DNA of 64,000 nt, taken from assembly GCA_000708835.1 (NCBI GenBank), contig DF237121.1, forward strand, positions 97,260 through 161,259, given 5' to 3'. How positions within the stretch are numbered: the stretch's first letter is position 1; every line of letters starts with the position of its first letter. This DNA comes from Klebsormidium nitens. Its lineage: Eukaryota > Plantae > Klebsormidiophyceae. The notes beneath the pieces are model-generated. The model was not told the DNA's origin. It did not search any database and saw only the letters and a list, made by a program, of their open reading frames with translations. A program made the position numbers and the translations under genes. Shown here piece by piece: positions 11,801 to 24,611 of this stretch.

Positions 11801-14800
11801 AACCCGCATCGGTGAGGGTGGTGAACCAAGGGCAATAACGTTGACTAAACCCTAACCAAGTAACAAACCTCTAACAGTTTCGTTTTCCGGTGCAGGAGAG
11901 GGCGACTTTTTCAAGCCTCACACCGACACGCCCGTCAGCCCCCGCCTGTTCATCGGCACCGTCGTGGTGTGCCTGCCGTCCGCGTTCTCCGGCGGGGAGC
12001 TCCTCGTATCCCACGGCGACACGTGTCAAACGTTCGACTTCGCCGCCAAGTCCGGCGAACCCGGGCTGTACCAGTTCGCCGCGTTTTACGGCGACTGCCT
12101 GCACGAGATCCGGCCCGTGACGCAGGGCCGCAGAGTGACGCTGACGTATCACGTCTTGCGCAAGGAGGCGCGAGAGGGCCAGGAAGACGGCGATGACGTC
12201 ATCTACCCGAGCGAAGACGGCAAGGTACGTATGGTGGCAAAGAACGGCGGACCGACTGCTGTTTACGGCTCGCTTCATACGACTCGGTTTGAATGGGGAT
12301 AATCAGCTCGGCAGCACAGAATCAATGGGGTTGGTTTCGGGATTGAGGTTGGGGAGGGGTGCGGAGCAGGTAGATCGTTGGGTTAGGATTTGGGTGTTTA
12401 TTGGGGCTTAAATTGTCATTTAGTTTTTGAGTCCGTCGAGTCGTCCCTTCCATCGGCTTGTCCCGGTGCTTCGGGACCAAATCGAGTGCCCAATGATCAG
12501 ATCACCTCACGACCTATCCTTCCTGGCAATTTAACTTGCGAAACCTCGAAAACCCTCTCTTTTCGGTTCCTGCTACGGGCCTTTTGAAGTGTGTTACTAC
12601 ATCTCAGAGGCATACTAGGTAGCTACCAATCCTCCAACAGAACGATATGAAGAAAACGAGGATCGAAACGCATGCCTTGGAGAATATATCTCGGCTTCGA
12701 CGGGTAACAGATCGGCAACTTACAAACGCCGAACTGGGCTTGGTTAACGGCCGTTGTCTCTGGCACGCAGGTGTCGGAGTTTCCGCTGCCAAGCGGCGAC
12801 GCCGTGCCGGAAAAGCTGACGGCGGAGCTGACGTCGGAGCTGCGCGCGCTTTCGGAGCTGGGGTACCCCCACGTGGGCTTCCTTCTGCAGCACGAGTACA
12901 CCATGAGCGGTCTCGGCCCGGAGGTGAGGCGAAAAAAACTTCGATCTAGATAGTGATAAGGTTAGGAATAGTAAGCTAACCAGACTGGGACGGGAGGTGT
13001 TAGTATGGGGGTTAGTGTGGGTACTGTTGTCCTGCATATTGTAATCCAAGGCGACCTTCAGACCTGGCCAATCACCTCTTGAAAAGGTAACCCGTGAAAC
13101 GGGATGTGTGAGAACGGACACCGAGATTGTCGAAGCGTCCGTCGCCGAGTAGAGGTGGGATGATTGTTCGGCGCCCATGTCCTGCTCTACCCCGTGCCCA
13201 AACCGGCCTGCCTTAATACGAAAACAAAGAGACAGTGGGGGAGGCAAGATAAAGCCGACCGCCTTCTGCAAATCTTTCCAAAAACATTTCAATCAGTGCC
13301 CATCTTCGTCAGCAGGGCTTTCCACGAGGCAACAAAATAAGGGACCTCCAAATAAGAAAGCCGAAAGGCGTGGCTATCGAACGGCTTAGCAAGTTGGAGA
13401 TTGTCGCACAGCTCTGCGCGTGAAACTTGCCACCATCACCTCCATCGGAACCTTCTTTACACGACCTTGAAACGTCCGATTAGCAGAAGCTGGCCGATCG
13501 GACGGCCTAAGTGTGATCGACGATTCTCGCAGCTTAGAGGGTGCAAGTTGTCGATGAAAAAAACGGTGCTTCTTCGGCTGGCCTTGCTAGCGTGCCTTTC
13601 TTTCCAGGGCCTAAAAGGCAGCAATGATCTGTTTGCCTCTTTTCAAGGAAAGCCAGAAGGGCAGCGAGGTTGAACCGCTCACCGAGTCCGCTCTTCTCAT
13701 CCTAAGAAGCCGCAAAATCTAGCGTCCTGGAAAACTTGGCCTTGAGTGCCAGCCGGTTCCTCAAGTCTGACTGTTCGGAAGAGCAGCTAGAGTTCAAAAA
13801 TAATTATCATTTTCTTCTTACGTTGACCTAGCGTGCCTCTTTTTCCAGGGCCTGAAGAGCAGCGACAAGTTCCTGTTCGACCTCCTCTCCCGGGCGTGGC
13901 CGTGCCGCTTCCTGCCGGTTCTTTAAATGACCTTGCTAGGTTGCTTTGTTTTCCAGGGCATGAAGGGCAGCGACAAGTTTCTGTTCGACCTCTTGTGCCG
14001 GACGTGGCCGTGCCGTTTCCTGCCGGTTCTCGTGGTCGACGAGGCGCGCGAGGATGTTGGAGACGACGCCGACATTGAGTACAGCAGCTTCTCCCGCAAC
14101 GTGTATGCCTTCACCAAGCAAGACTTCAATTATTACACGGTAATCACACAGGAAAACTCGACATCTAACCCCGCTAAGTACCAACTTGAGCTATTGTATA
14201 AAGAATTAAGCAATGACCTTGTTTCAAGGCTGGTACCCGCCCAAGTCTGGCTTCACCAAGCAAGACTTCAACTATTACACGGTGAGTGGGTGAGCACACA
14301 GGAAGTAGTCTTGGCTGCTAAGCAGGCTTTATCACCAGCTTTGATTCTAGGATATCAAACAAATAACCGGGCTTTAACCTTGTTCCAAGGCTCGTTCCCG
14401 CCCAAATCTGGTTACTGGACATACACGCACTATCTAACCATCCCCTGACCACCCGTGGTTATCGGCCAGAAACTCCTGTGCAACACGATTCGCGGCCGCC
14501 TCGCGCAACGAATCTAGCTGCTGTAACTGCATCGCGTTGGTGTGCATGATCTTGTCTGGCCCACTCTAGAACGCAGCTTTCGAATCAAGAGCGACCTTGC
14601 TATGCAGATTGGTTGCAGATGGCCTTTATCAGAAAAGGGTATGGTTAACGGGCGGAACCGCGGTTTGATGCCAAGGTCGGAGCAAATCATCTACATCTGT
14701 TCAAGGATGAACCCAAAACCCCTCTCTGCCAGAGTGGGTTGCAGGGTGCCCTCGACGCGAAGCCTGATCACGCCCTCAAAAGCGCGGTGCCTTTCATGTG

Positions 14801-14942
14801 GTACGGACCGGAGTTACCGGGCCGCGTGCTGCACCAGCACCACAGCGCGGGCGGGCGCCAGGGGAACCACGCGGAGCCGAGCGAAGACCAGACCGTCTAC
14901 ATGCAATCCGCAATGCTTGTCGACCTCAGCCGCAAAGTCTAG
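8882..14942 (+). CDS. 2-oxoglutarate/Fe(II)-dependent dioxygenase (2OG-FeII_Oxy_3 / P4H-like fold), substrate unknown
   Basis: Exons 8882-9250 (probable GC donor), 10048-10287, 10899-10992, 11896-12224, 12771-12923, 13957-14139, 14745-14942, all phase-consistent. Core KLNIYGEGDFFKPHTDTP (HxD)...GTVVVCLPSAFSGGEL...FYGDCLHEIRPVTQGRRVTLTY (distal His, 2OG-binding Arg). Confidence 0.88.
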
Positions 14943-15182
14943 TTTTCATGAGCTCGTTGCTCGCGCGGCTAAGAGCAGAACTTTGCAAAAGTCGTAGCAA
15001 TCCGTGCGATCGGACATAAGTACGTTCCGTTGGTGCCTTCGCTAAACTACTAGATTGGCAGTAGCAGTTAGAAAAGGACAAGTTCCGAGCGGAGACCTGA
15101 CGGTCTACCTGCAATCCGCAATGCTTGTCCACCTCGGCCGCAAGCTTTAGTTTTCAGGAGCTCGTTGCTCACGCGGGTTAAC
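10752..15182 (+). repeat. Intronic and 3'-UTR echoes of dioxygenase exon edges
   Basis: Acceptor copies at 10752-10790 and 10808-10855 (exon 10899), 11605-11655 and 11755-11790 (exon 11896), 13590-13640 and 13830-13922 (exon 13957). Donor copy at 14252-14287. Copy of the stop-codon region at 15097-15182. Confidence 0.85.
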
Positions 15183-15799
15183 CTAGACGATCGGCGGTTA
15201 GTTTCAGAGTGGGTTAGCGTAGGAATGGAGGTTTACGGCACCTACCCAATGGGACTGGTTCAGGGTCTCGTAACATATACCTGCCCTGGGCTTCTAGTAT
15301 CGATAAATAGTTTTCCGCTACTTCCGGGGGAAGGATTCCAGAGGTACCGGAAATTCAAACACTATTTCACCAAAAGTTTTTAGTACATCATATCTCTACT
15401 CCAGGCTTGCGGCCTGAGATCCTAAAAGAACCGCCTCTCCTCATACCCTGCTTGATCAAAGGAGCCCACAAAAGAAAGCCCGTTAACGAGTACGATCGTT
15501 TGTCTATCTGTCCAGAAAAAGCAGCGTGCATCAAAGTACGGTAAATGATCGTGGATGGAGTATTAGTACATAAATGACGCAAGCTTGGCCGTTTGTCAGG
15601 TTCTCGCAGGTGCTCCCTTTTTTACTGTAGAGTCTTTACCGGTGGATATTCTTGACCCATTTGAAGGCTTAAGGAAAAAGGAAGAGATTGCGATTTCCTA
15701 GTACGCTCGTGATCGGCCAACTCTTTCATTCCAGGGCCGCTTTTATGGTTGAAGATTTAACCCCTTCGTTATGGCGTCCACAAGCAGTCTGCAGTCTGC

Positions 15800-16154
15800 A
15801 GACTCGCTTGCGAGACTTGTGTGCCCAGCAAACTTAATTAACGCAAGCACTCTGGCTCGCGATTGTGCGAGTCGACAAAGTCGAGGTAGGTTCGACATGT
15901 CACTCAGAAAGTCACTCAAGTTTCGTAAGCCTGGTTACCGTACGACAGCTCGATATGCTGCTTGATTGCTATACCCGAAGAACAAGATTGTACGACCGTT
16001 TACGACTGTACGAACGCGTGCGCAGGCTGCCAGACGGTACGAGGTTGTGCGCGCCTACTGGAAAGAGTGCCGTGGTTGCATGCGAGAAAGAAACAGAACG
16101 GCTAAGCCAACTTTCCGTTGGTCTTCGATCACTCTAAATGACGGTTGCGGTTAG
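15800..16154 (+). pseudogene. Possible decayed piggyBac-like transposase C-terminus
   Basis: Across three frames: LINAS.L / MS...LKFR.SLV..RQL / RRLPDG...PTGK..ECRGC...RTAKPT...L..GC. This loosely resembles the piggyBac (PGBD) C-terminal helix plus Cys-rich domain. TTAA-CCCCTT at about 15757 resembles a piggyBac end; no matching right end was found. Confidence 0.3.
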
Positions 16155-16307
16155 TCTGTGCGCCAAGACTTCGACACAGCGCCTCCGCCATGATTGGTCC
16201 GGCCTCAAAGAATTTCTGTCCGTTCGAGCCGGTGTGTCGGCCATTCGGGTTTCCTTTCTTCTAGTGTACCTGTCAATGGTCGGGATCGCTTACGGTTTGG
16301 CGGAATG

Positions 16308-16453
16308 AACCTGGTCGGAATAAACCTGGTCGGAATAAACCTGGTCGGAACAAACCTGGTCCAGGCGTATTTTGCTCCGCTTTTCTTATCCCCGATCGCG
16401 CGCGTTTAGCGACTGAGATTTCCAGGATAGTCTAAGATTTCCAGGATAGTCTA
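16308..16453. repeat. Short tandem repeats (15-bp x about 3.7; 19-bp x 2)
   Basis: AACCTGGTCGGAATA units at 16308-16362; AGATTTCCAGGATAGTCTA twice at about 16416-16453. Confidence 0.85.
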
Positions 16454-19400
16454 TTTTCATACTGGTCATCTTTTGAAACCCGTTGTCTTCTTGCAGGGCT
16501 TCTCAGTGCACGGCGAAGTTCACCGGTTGAACTCTTTGAGGGTTCTGTATCATGCTTGTTTCTCTCTTCTTCCTTCGTTGTTGAGAGCAGCTCGTGTGAA
16601 GCAAACCGGTTCCCACAAGCGCGCTTCGTAGGGCAATGCCTTGCGTCCGTCCAATCCGCGGTTACTATGTAGGTACTGTCAATCTTCGAAGTCCTGATTT
16701 ATGATGAGTCTCGACGACTGGGCCGCAAATCCGCTGAGCCATGTAGTTGCACCTAGTACGTGTCTGACAGTCCGACGGTCTGCGTTGCTCAAGCGCTTTG
16801 GGGCATGGCGACACTGGTCAGTCAGGACTCGGAGAAGCACGCGCCTTGAAGAGCCTAATATGCGGGTAACATCTGACGTATGACGTGGTGCGACTTTAGA
16901 TGCATATGTGGTGCAGCTCTCCGAGGTCCCACCTCGGAAAGTTTCTCGAACTTGACAGAGTCTGCAGCGTTGCAGCATCGGTCAATAATTCTGCATCAGT
17001 CTTTTACTTCGAAACTTCAACAAGCTCCTCTCGGGGCAGCGTTGTGATTCGGCGCAATGAAATCGGTGCATGAATCCGTTGAAAAGAAACGCGAGGACTC
17101 TGGTCAAATCACACCATCATTGCTAAGGGATGTAGCTACTAGAGGCAAGGAGTGTTCTAGGACAAGTATTTTTAAGGATACTTACTCATCACCTGTTCAT
17201 GTGCAGTCATATGTAAGGAGACCTTTGGAAGTTACGTGAGTCGACCGGCAGTCTGCCTATCTGTACATGGTACTTTGTTTGATACAACGTAACTTGCAAC
17301 TTTTTCGGGTAAGATCGAATTGCAGATCCCCAAACAGCCGTTCTCTGAAGCAACTTGTAGAGGCCGGGTCCTGACGACTGCCCTGCGCATGCGTCTCTCT
17401 ACAGCCGTATCACGTCCAGTCAAAGAGCTGCCAGGTAGCAGGCAGTCAAGAGCCTTACGGCAGCTTCCGATAGACATCACCGAAGAAATATGGCAATGGC
17501 AATTTCTCGGTGATAAGCCCCCCCGCGCAACTTTGACAACCGGCCCGGCCGACCGTGACTCTTCGAAGAAACGAACGGTCACTGCGAGCCGACCGGTAAT
17601 CGTCACCGACTCCTGAGGCGGCCGCCGCCCCGTCATACTCGCCGGAGCCGCCGGGGCCGGCGCGTCAGCCTGACGGTCGGCGGGCGGCGGGCCGCTCGCG
17701 CCCCGTCCGGATCGGACCATCGGACCGTCATGCCATGATTATATGCTGTAGCCTGTACGTGGGCTTTTCAGGCCGCGCGCGCTGCCAGCACAGTGCATCG
17801 AGGCGCTCTGGGTTGCATCTGTGAGCATCAGTTGCGCAGGTCGCGTCATGAGCCATGCAGTATGCTTGCCGGCTTGTTCTTAACCTGTAACGGCTTGATG
17901 AAACATCGAAGTGCGGAAGAAACTATGGCTAGTACCTAGCTACCCGCGCATGCTGCTGCAACAGTCAGCTACTTTGCGGCACTTATAATGATGATGGATC
18001 AGCGGTACATACTGGAGATACGGTAGTGCATGAAGCTGACTCGATTCGGAGTCCTGCCGCACAATAGAAAACTCCGACCCAAGCCCGTCTCGCCACCCTA
18101 CGTCACTGGAGCCATGGCGAGCGGGGACCGCCAGTCCGCGACCGGGCGGCCCGGCCCCTCGGCTGCCGCCATCTTTTCAACATAAGTAATTTAGGGCCGT
18201 TTCGTCCGTGAGTCTATCCGATCGCAAATGTCAGTGACCCAAATTTCAGGTCCAACCAATTGGGGCCTGTGGGCTATCAGTCGTGATGCAAGCCGGCTCA
18301 TGCAGGTTCATGATTATATGGTCACTCGGAGTGACAGGGCGGCTTCGCAATGATGTAATGACTTCATAGCTACTCTGTGGCGGAGTATGGTCGTTGTGCG
18401 CGTTGGCGGCCGCCCAGACTTTGCCTGCACAGGTGTCGGATGCAATGCTGAACGTCATTCAGAACGGCCATGCGAAGGCTTTCGGATGAATTCTGTCCCC
18501 GTACGCAGTACGAGACGGTCGCAACAAATCCGGGGTGACTTTGAGTTTAGTTTCCTCCTCGATCCGGCAATTTGCAAGCTCGTGCACAAGTATATGGCTA
18601 TCCGCATGCAGAAACCGACTGCATTGAGCTCAAAACTAGCCCACGGTCCGATGCAACTGACGTACTCATGCACCCCGTTAGTGACGCGGCTTAAGCAATC
18701 CGGACCGGGACCGAACACATACTTCCTTTCTACGACCAGCTGGCAGGACTGACTCAACCGTCGACCATGATTGGCGGCGCACGTCAAGAATCGTTTGCGT
18801 CGGCCCCCATTAATCTCTTAGTATGATTGCATTGGGTTTCACACTTGTAAGATTTGAACGTTATAATAAAACACTGCGCCCTAGATGAATTTGGTAGGAA
18901 GTCTTTGCAGCGAGGAAGTCTTGGTCACTATCGTACAAATCTTCGAGTCCACTCAACGCGTCTACAAGTCCCGACGTCCGCTGTTCGGTTAAAGCTACAA
19001 GATATGTCTTTCTGAATGTCATTATGTCTTTTAGATTAGAACCGAAGTTAGTACTTTACATCCGGAGAACTGGGCTGCTTCTTTGTTTGACCGCGCGCCT
19101 CCAAGCATTCTCCTTACACACACGCCGTTCTTCAAACTTGCATTATTGACGTAGTTTGGATAGCCGCCCTGATTAGCTACTAAGCTGATCCCTTTTAACA
19201 GCCTCAAAGCCTCGCCCTGTGCAGCACATATGACTAATTAAACTAGTTCCTCACTACGCAAAAGCTTACACTCTACATTAGCAAAGCGACTCGACGATCT
19301 CAAACCAACCCATCGTTTCAGACTCCCCTTTAACACCATTCCGACAGCTCGATATGCTGCTTCCTGCCCCGAGCTGAGACTCGTATCTCTCTGAAGCTAC

Positions 19401-19628
19401 CTTTAGACAGCTAGCTAAACGCTTTCTTGAGAAACCAGTGCGATCTCCAATCAGCCCATAGCCCAACATCGATCAATCGCTTTTACTTCCGTGCGCGCGC
19501 GTCGAACGATCGCTTGTGCTCCTGCGGGGCCTTCCCTTCATTCGCCCACCTAGTTACTGGAAGGTGGGCCAGCCACGAATCGCTTCAGTGCACCCATTAG
19601 CCCGCCAGAGACGTCACGCACCCGGGGC

Positions 19629-22105
19629 TCAATCACCGTAGCACTTTTCTGAGTGCCGGTCCCAGGCCTGCTCCCACCCGGAAACCTCGTCAACGGGGCT
19701 GCAGAACGGCCCGAGCCAGCCATTGTTGGGCAAACCGTTTGGAAAGCGCTTCCCCTCTGAATGAATAGTGCTGCCCGGAAGTTTGAACCGGGGGGCGGAT
19801 CCGCTCTTCGCCCGCTTTTTCCGAGGCTCGGCGCGCGTGGAACCCGGGCGCTTCTGAGGTCTTGGGGGGTGGGGTCGGCTGAAGATGGGGGGATACTTTG
19901 GTGGGCGGTCGGGGTTTGTCACCGGGCACGCAGATGACTTCACGGGGATCCCTTGAGAAGCGACCCAGGCGTCTTGCCTGTATGTGTACTCTGTGGATAG
20001 GGACCCGTTGACGCTGACTCTTCGCTCGTCGTTGGTCCGTCCGCCGTTTATTGGGTTATGAGTAGGGTTAAGAGGGGTTGGTAAGGAAACCGGTTGGGGA
20101 GGAAAGTGGGACATGATAGGGTGGTCGAGAGGGAGGGACGGGGTTAGTACCGGGTTAGAGACGCCGCCCGATTCTTGGAGCGACGTCAGCATCGGGAGGA
20201 GCGTGTGTAGGGTGGTCGGGGGAAGATCTTCAATCGGGTGCGCATCAACCGGGGTTTGAGCTAGGGTGCGGCCGAAATCGAACGGCGGAGGAACGTGGTA
20301 GTGATAGTGATTAACGAAGATCGGACGGTTCGAATCACTAAGTCCATGGCTCTTACCGGGGACCGACAAAGTTGCGCTGGGGGGGCTCTCTGGCTGCTGA
20401 AAGTCGGCCCCCTCAATGGACCATGACGCACCGGAGCCAGCCGAGCTCTCATCGCTAGAGGAGTGGTGCCCCGGGGGATCCCCCCAGGCGCTCTCAAGCA
20501 GGCGCTCAGAGCGAGGAACGTGTGTCGGAAGAAAGCGCCGGCGACAAGGGAGGGGCTTCGGCGAAGCCGGAGCTGCCACGTGGCTCAACTAGAGCGGGGG
20601 CGTAGTCCGAGAAAGGCCAAGTATTGAGTACCATTACGCCCTACCCAGTCTGCTGAAATCTGTGCCCTGCAGAAGATCGGCGGACCCAGGGTTAATCACC
20701 AACGAAAGGTAAATGTATAAGCAGGTAGATTCTTAGGTATAAGCACCTTGATAAGAGGGTGGTCGTGCTAAGAAACGGGTGCGATCAGGGAGGTTTCTGC
20801 TTGTTGGGCTGAGTCAAATGCAAGCGCGAATGAACATTTTTCTTACTGAAAATGAGTGGGAAACAGAGCCAAGGACGTCGAGAAGGCGAGCGAATCGGAG
20901 CCAGGTTGGAACCGACGTCTCTTACAGAAGCCCGACTTACTTCCCGCAAAGAAAGGTATAAATGTTGCTTGCACAAAATGATGCCTCATCATGCAAAGAT
21001 TCTGACCGTAAGAAGTAAAAAAGAAGGGGACACGAGTGGCAAACGCCAGAACGTGCGAACCGCCACCTGAATTTGGAAAAAACAAACCGGCCGACCGAAA
21101 TCGAGCAGAAACTGGTCGAAAAGTTTTCAGTCCTTAGAATCTCGTCCACGTTAGAAAGGGAGCCCCAATTCTTGAAAAAAGCTTTCACCCTCATTTGGAG
21201 TTTAACCGGACGCATCCTTCTATTAATGTATCTCTGAGCTTCTTGAAGCCTTGCTTGCTTCTGGTGGGTCATTTTATAACAGTTCGTCTCTAATCAAGTT
21301 CGACCAAGGGTGCAAAACAAAGAGATCCTCAACCGAGAGAACGTCAAGCAGTACTGCAATTTTCGAAAGAACCTAAGATGCTCAGAAACAGAACAAAAGA
21401 GTGGGAAACCCAAACACGTGACTGCAATACAGTTCCCGCACAGGAACTTTGAGAAACTCTTTCAGAAGAGTTGAGGAACTGGGCCTGGGCATGGCAAAGT
21501 GAAGCAAAGCTCACTCTGAGGGAGCCGGTGTTACTTGTGGCTGAAGATTCGCTCCACTTGCTGATAATCGTAGTCAGTCCATGCTGCAGTCTTGGAAGCG
21601 GCTCGAAACGGAGTCGCGAGTTGGCGCTTGAATGCCAGACGCATCATATCGGTGGTCCAGAAATACAGCCTGGAGACACAGGTGAACGGAGTTAACTTCA
21701 TGCACCTTAAATCTCAAGAGGACAGAAGAAAATCAGGTGCCCTTCTTCGTTCATAACGCTCTCTCTATCAAGAGCCCAACAGGCTAGACGGCCTCCCAGG
21801 ATTGCCTCGACTGTATCCGCCATAGCTAGTCCCTTGAGGGCTCAGTTGTTTCCCATTGAGTATTTTTCTTAGGCCTTCCAAACAAGGAAAACAAACTGAC
21901 CTCCGCTGTTCTCCCTTGAGCAGAAAGGGTTGCCAACGTCACTTTTCTGGCTTCAAAAGAGGGGGGTTTACTTTCTCCAATAAGCGTCCACTGCCAGCTT
22001 TACTGCCCCCGATTTTTTGTCAACAATGAAAGTCTGGGGCATACAGTCATGAGGTCATCAGCCCGCATATTCACTAGGGCAGCCCTTTGTTGAAGAAATT
22101 ACTGT
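19629..22105 (-). pseudogene. Paralogue A of the unknown Pro/Ser-rich gene (frameshifted, with stop-containing upstream exons)
   Basis: ATG at 20634 reads MVLNTWPFSDYAPALVEPRGSSGFA. One extra base near 20508 (TCG CTC T GAG CGC) shifts into the 19629-20588 ORF, which shares NHYHYH, KRPG..EP.KKRA..SAP..F.LPG and N.WLG....PV with ORF 32262-33536. Exon-like segments with AG/GT ends at about 20941-21002, 21534-21669 and 21901-22105; the last contains stops. Confidence 0.6.
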
Positions 22106-24365
22106 AAAGAATCAATCTCATCGCTATGCTGAGTCAAAGTTTTACCAAATCCTGTTAAAAGGACAGCTCACAGGCTGCCTCTCCTGGACCCCCAAGTAAA
22201 ACTCTTTGTGCTTAAGTGCTGCCAAAGTGGTGGAGGGCTCACCATGTATTCTATGATTTTATTTTTTATTTTTTATTTTTTTCTATCCAGAAAGCTCATG
22301 CAGGTGAATCCAGTCAGGCTGCATGATAACCTCCTCCAAACTCCTTTCAAACCCTCTTTAAATCCAGTCTCAAGCCCCTACAAACCCCCTCAGGTAGTGC
22401 CTCAGAAAGTGTTCCAAATGCTTGCACAAGCCGTTTTACAACCCCTTCAGAATCGCTTAAGACCGAAAAGAGTGCTTTGAAGAAGTCCTGGCCTTTCCAG
22501 GACCCCCTCCAAAACCCCTTTCCAAAGCCCCTTCAAAGCCCAGTTTTTGAATTCTACGCACTCCTCCTAATGCCTCAAGAATCCCTCCCCAATGCTTGCA
22601 CAAGCTCTTTTGAACCCCTTCACCCCCCTGCTGAGTGCCCAAGAACAAAGAGACTGCTTGTCAGGAGGTCTTAGCTTATTTAAAAGCCTTGACTGAGCTG
22701 TGAACGTGTGTAGCAGGGAGGAAGATGAGCGCTCTACAGGCCGCATGAGTCATGAGAACGAAGGCCCATTTTAGATCCATCTGAATTTCTGCCTAAGCAA
22801 CCCTGCCGAAAAAGCATCCTGGACCCCTGACATGACCACCTTGGAGCCACACGATTCTCGGTCAGTAGAGTCCACACGAAGCCCCAAGATGTTCAAATGG
22901 TAGAGGCAAAGATATCAGGTCAGTATTATGACCTTAATCTACTCTCCTGTCCTTCAGCTCACCTTAGCTCACAATCAAAGCCCCCAGATCCTGAGCTCCA
23001 ATCAGATTGCCCTCAACCGAGCTTCCACCTCGCCGGGATCTGCTTCCATATGAAAGCGGGGCCGCAAATCTTTGAGTCGCTTGCTTCCAAGTCCGGCGCC
23101 AGCTGTCATGCGTCTTGACTCCTGATCACCACACCAGGCCTAGCTCTGACCTTGATTAAAAAGGAATGGTACAGGAGATGAAGCTGCTCATAAGCGGTCA
23201 GCACCGATCTGCGGCGCACGGCATAAGTGAATGCGATGCGCTAACATAACACCCTCAGCGTAGTACTGATGGCGCAAGTAGAGCCTGCCTTCTTCTACCA
23301 AAGCGATGCAATCCCACGCCAGAGTGCAGAACTTTGATCAATCAAAGCACTGGCCAGCAACTAGCTGGGTACGGCTTGAATCACGTGGAAGGCTGCGGCT
23401 GTCAACGTCAATTTTTTCGGGTACGAATGATCTGACCACACGCAGCTCATAAGGAAGAGCGGAGGGCTATCAATGCGAAGTACCTACTTAGATGGCAGAA
23501 GCAGTAGGCTCATATCAGAAGATAGGTCAGCCGAGTCTGTCACTCTCCTACCTTTTTGACAGAGCAGAGTCAGCCTCTCCCCGCAATACTAATGCCAATA
23601 GCCTAAGACTGACGTAATCAGATTCCAAAGTTAAACGCCCCAGCTTCCAAGCTGGTCCGGCCGTGTAAGGGCAATACGTGGCATTCTCTGAACTCTCTTT
23701 CAGTCGGGATCTTGATTCTCGGTATCTGGGGATTGTGTTCTGTTTGTCGATTCAAAGGAAGGCCTGATTGCGGTCCAAAGGGGAGAGAGTCGAGACTTTG
23801 TTCACGCCTGCTTGCCACGCTGGCGACGTCACAGCTAGTGATAATAATCAAGTTCGGGAATCGAACCCGGCCGGTCGGCGGTGTTCCGTCAGCCTTGCTT
23901 ACGTCATTCGATGGCGGTGACGCACGCGGCCCAGAGCTAAACCAAAATCTGGACGAAGGGTTTGCGGTCTGAAGAGCGGCATGACCCGATAGCTGACGGC
24001 GTCATCTTTAGACCAATCGCAGGGGTCGGACGTACGTTTGCGGCCTTTTAGGCCGTCCGATCTAATAGTGATGGCTCGCGCTTGTAGTTAACACCTGGGT
24101 TATAGAGGGATTCAAGATAGGTACCTTGATTTCATTTGATGATTTCTGACACTTTGAACTTTTGAAGTTTGTAGATTGTAGCGTGTGACGTACGACAGAT
24201 TTTAGCCCCTGTACGGAACCGTTTATGAGATATTATACTTATAAGTTATTACCTACTGCGAATATTATATTATTCACGTCATAGAATGGTCAAGCGAAGC
24301 GACGGCCTTTACTCGAACTCGATTTCCGTACACACGACAGACTGCTTTTCACACCTAGTAGATAG

Positions 24366-24585
24366 CAGGGCTTGCCACGTACCATCTTTCTCCGGTGCCG
24401 TCTGGCTACCGGTGCCAGCCCAAATTTCTACCGGCTGCCCACACGGGCTAAAGCACCGGGCGCCGGCCTTGCCTAGGCGGCGCCAGCATTTTTGCCGGCT
24501 GTCCAGCCGGTGGGGTGCCTTCGGCACCGGTGCATCTGTCATTTCTGCCGGCCAGGTCCAGCTTAAACACCGGTTCGTGGCAAGC
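24366..24585. mobile_element. hAT-like MITE with damaged right end
   Basis: GTAGATAG|CAGGGCTTGCCACGTACC...GGTTCGTGGCAAGC|AGATAG. The right TIR and TSD appear to have lost about 6 nt. CCGG(T/C)GCC subterminal repeats. The same GTTTCGTGGCAAGC end occurs alone at 8689-8702. Confidence 0.55.
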
Positions 24586-24611
24586 AGATAGTGTAAACGA
24601 TCCCGTCTTCC

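Noticed and set aside
16308-16362. CRISPR-like repeats (also considered for the echo arrays)
   Set aside because: Head-to-tail with no spacers; eukaryotic context, no cas genes. Echo units derive from the adjacent exon.
17455-17500. F-box-like LRQLPIDITEEIWQW
   Set aside because: About 15 residues with no supporting exon structure or flanking domain.
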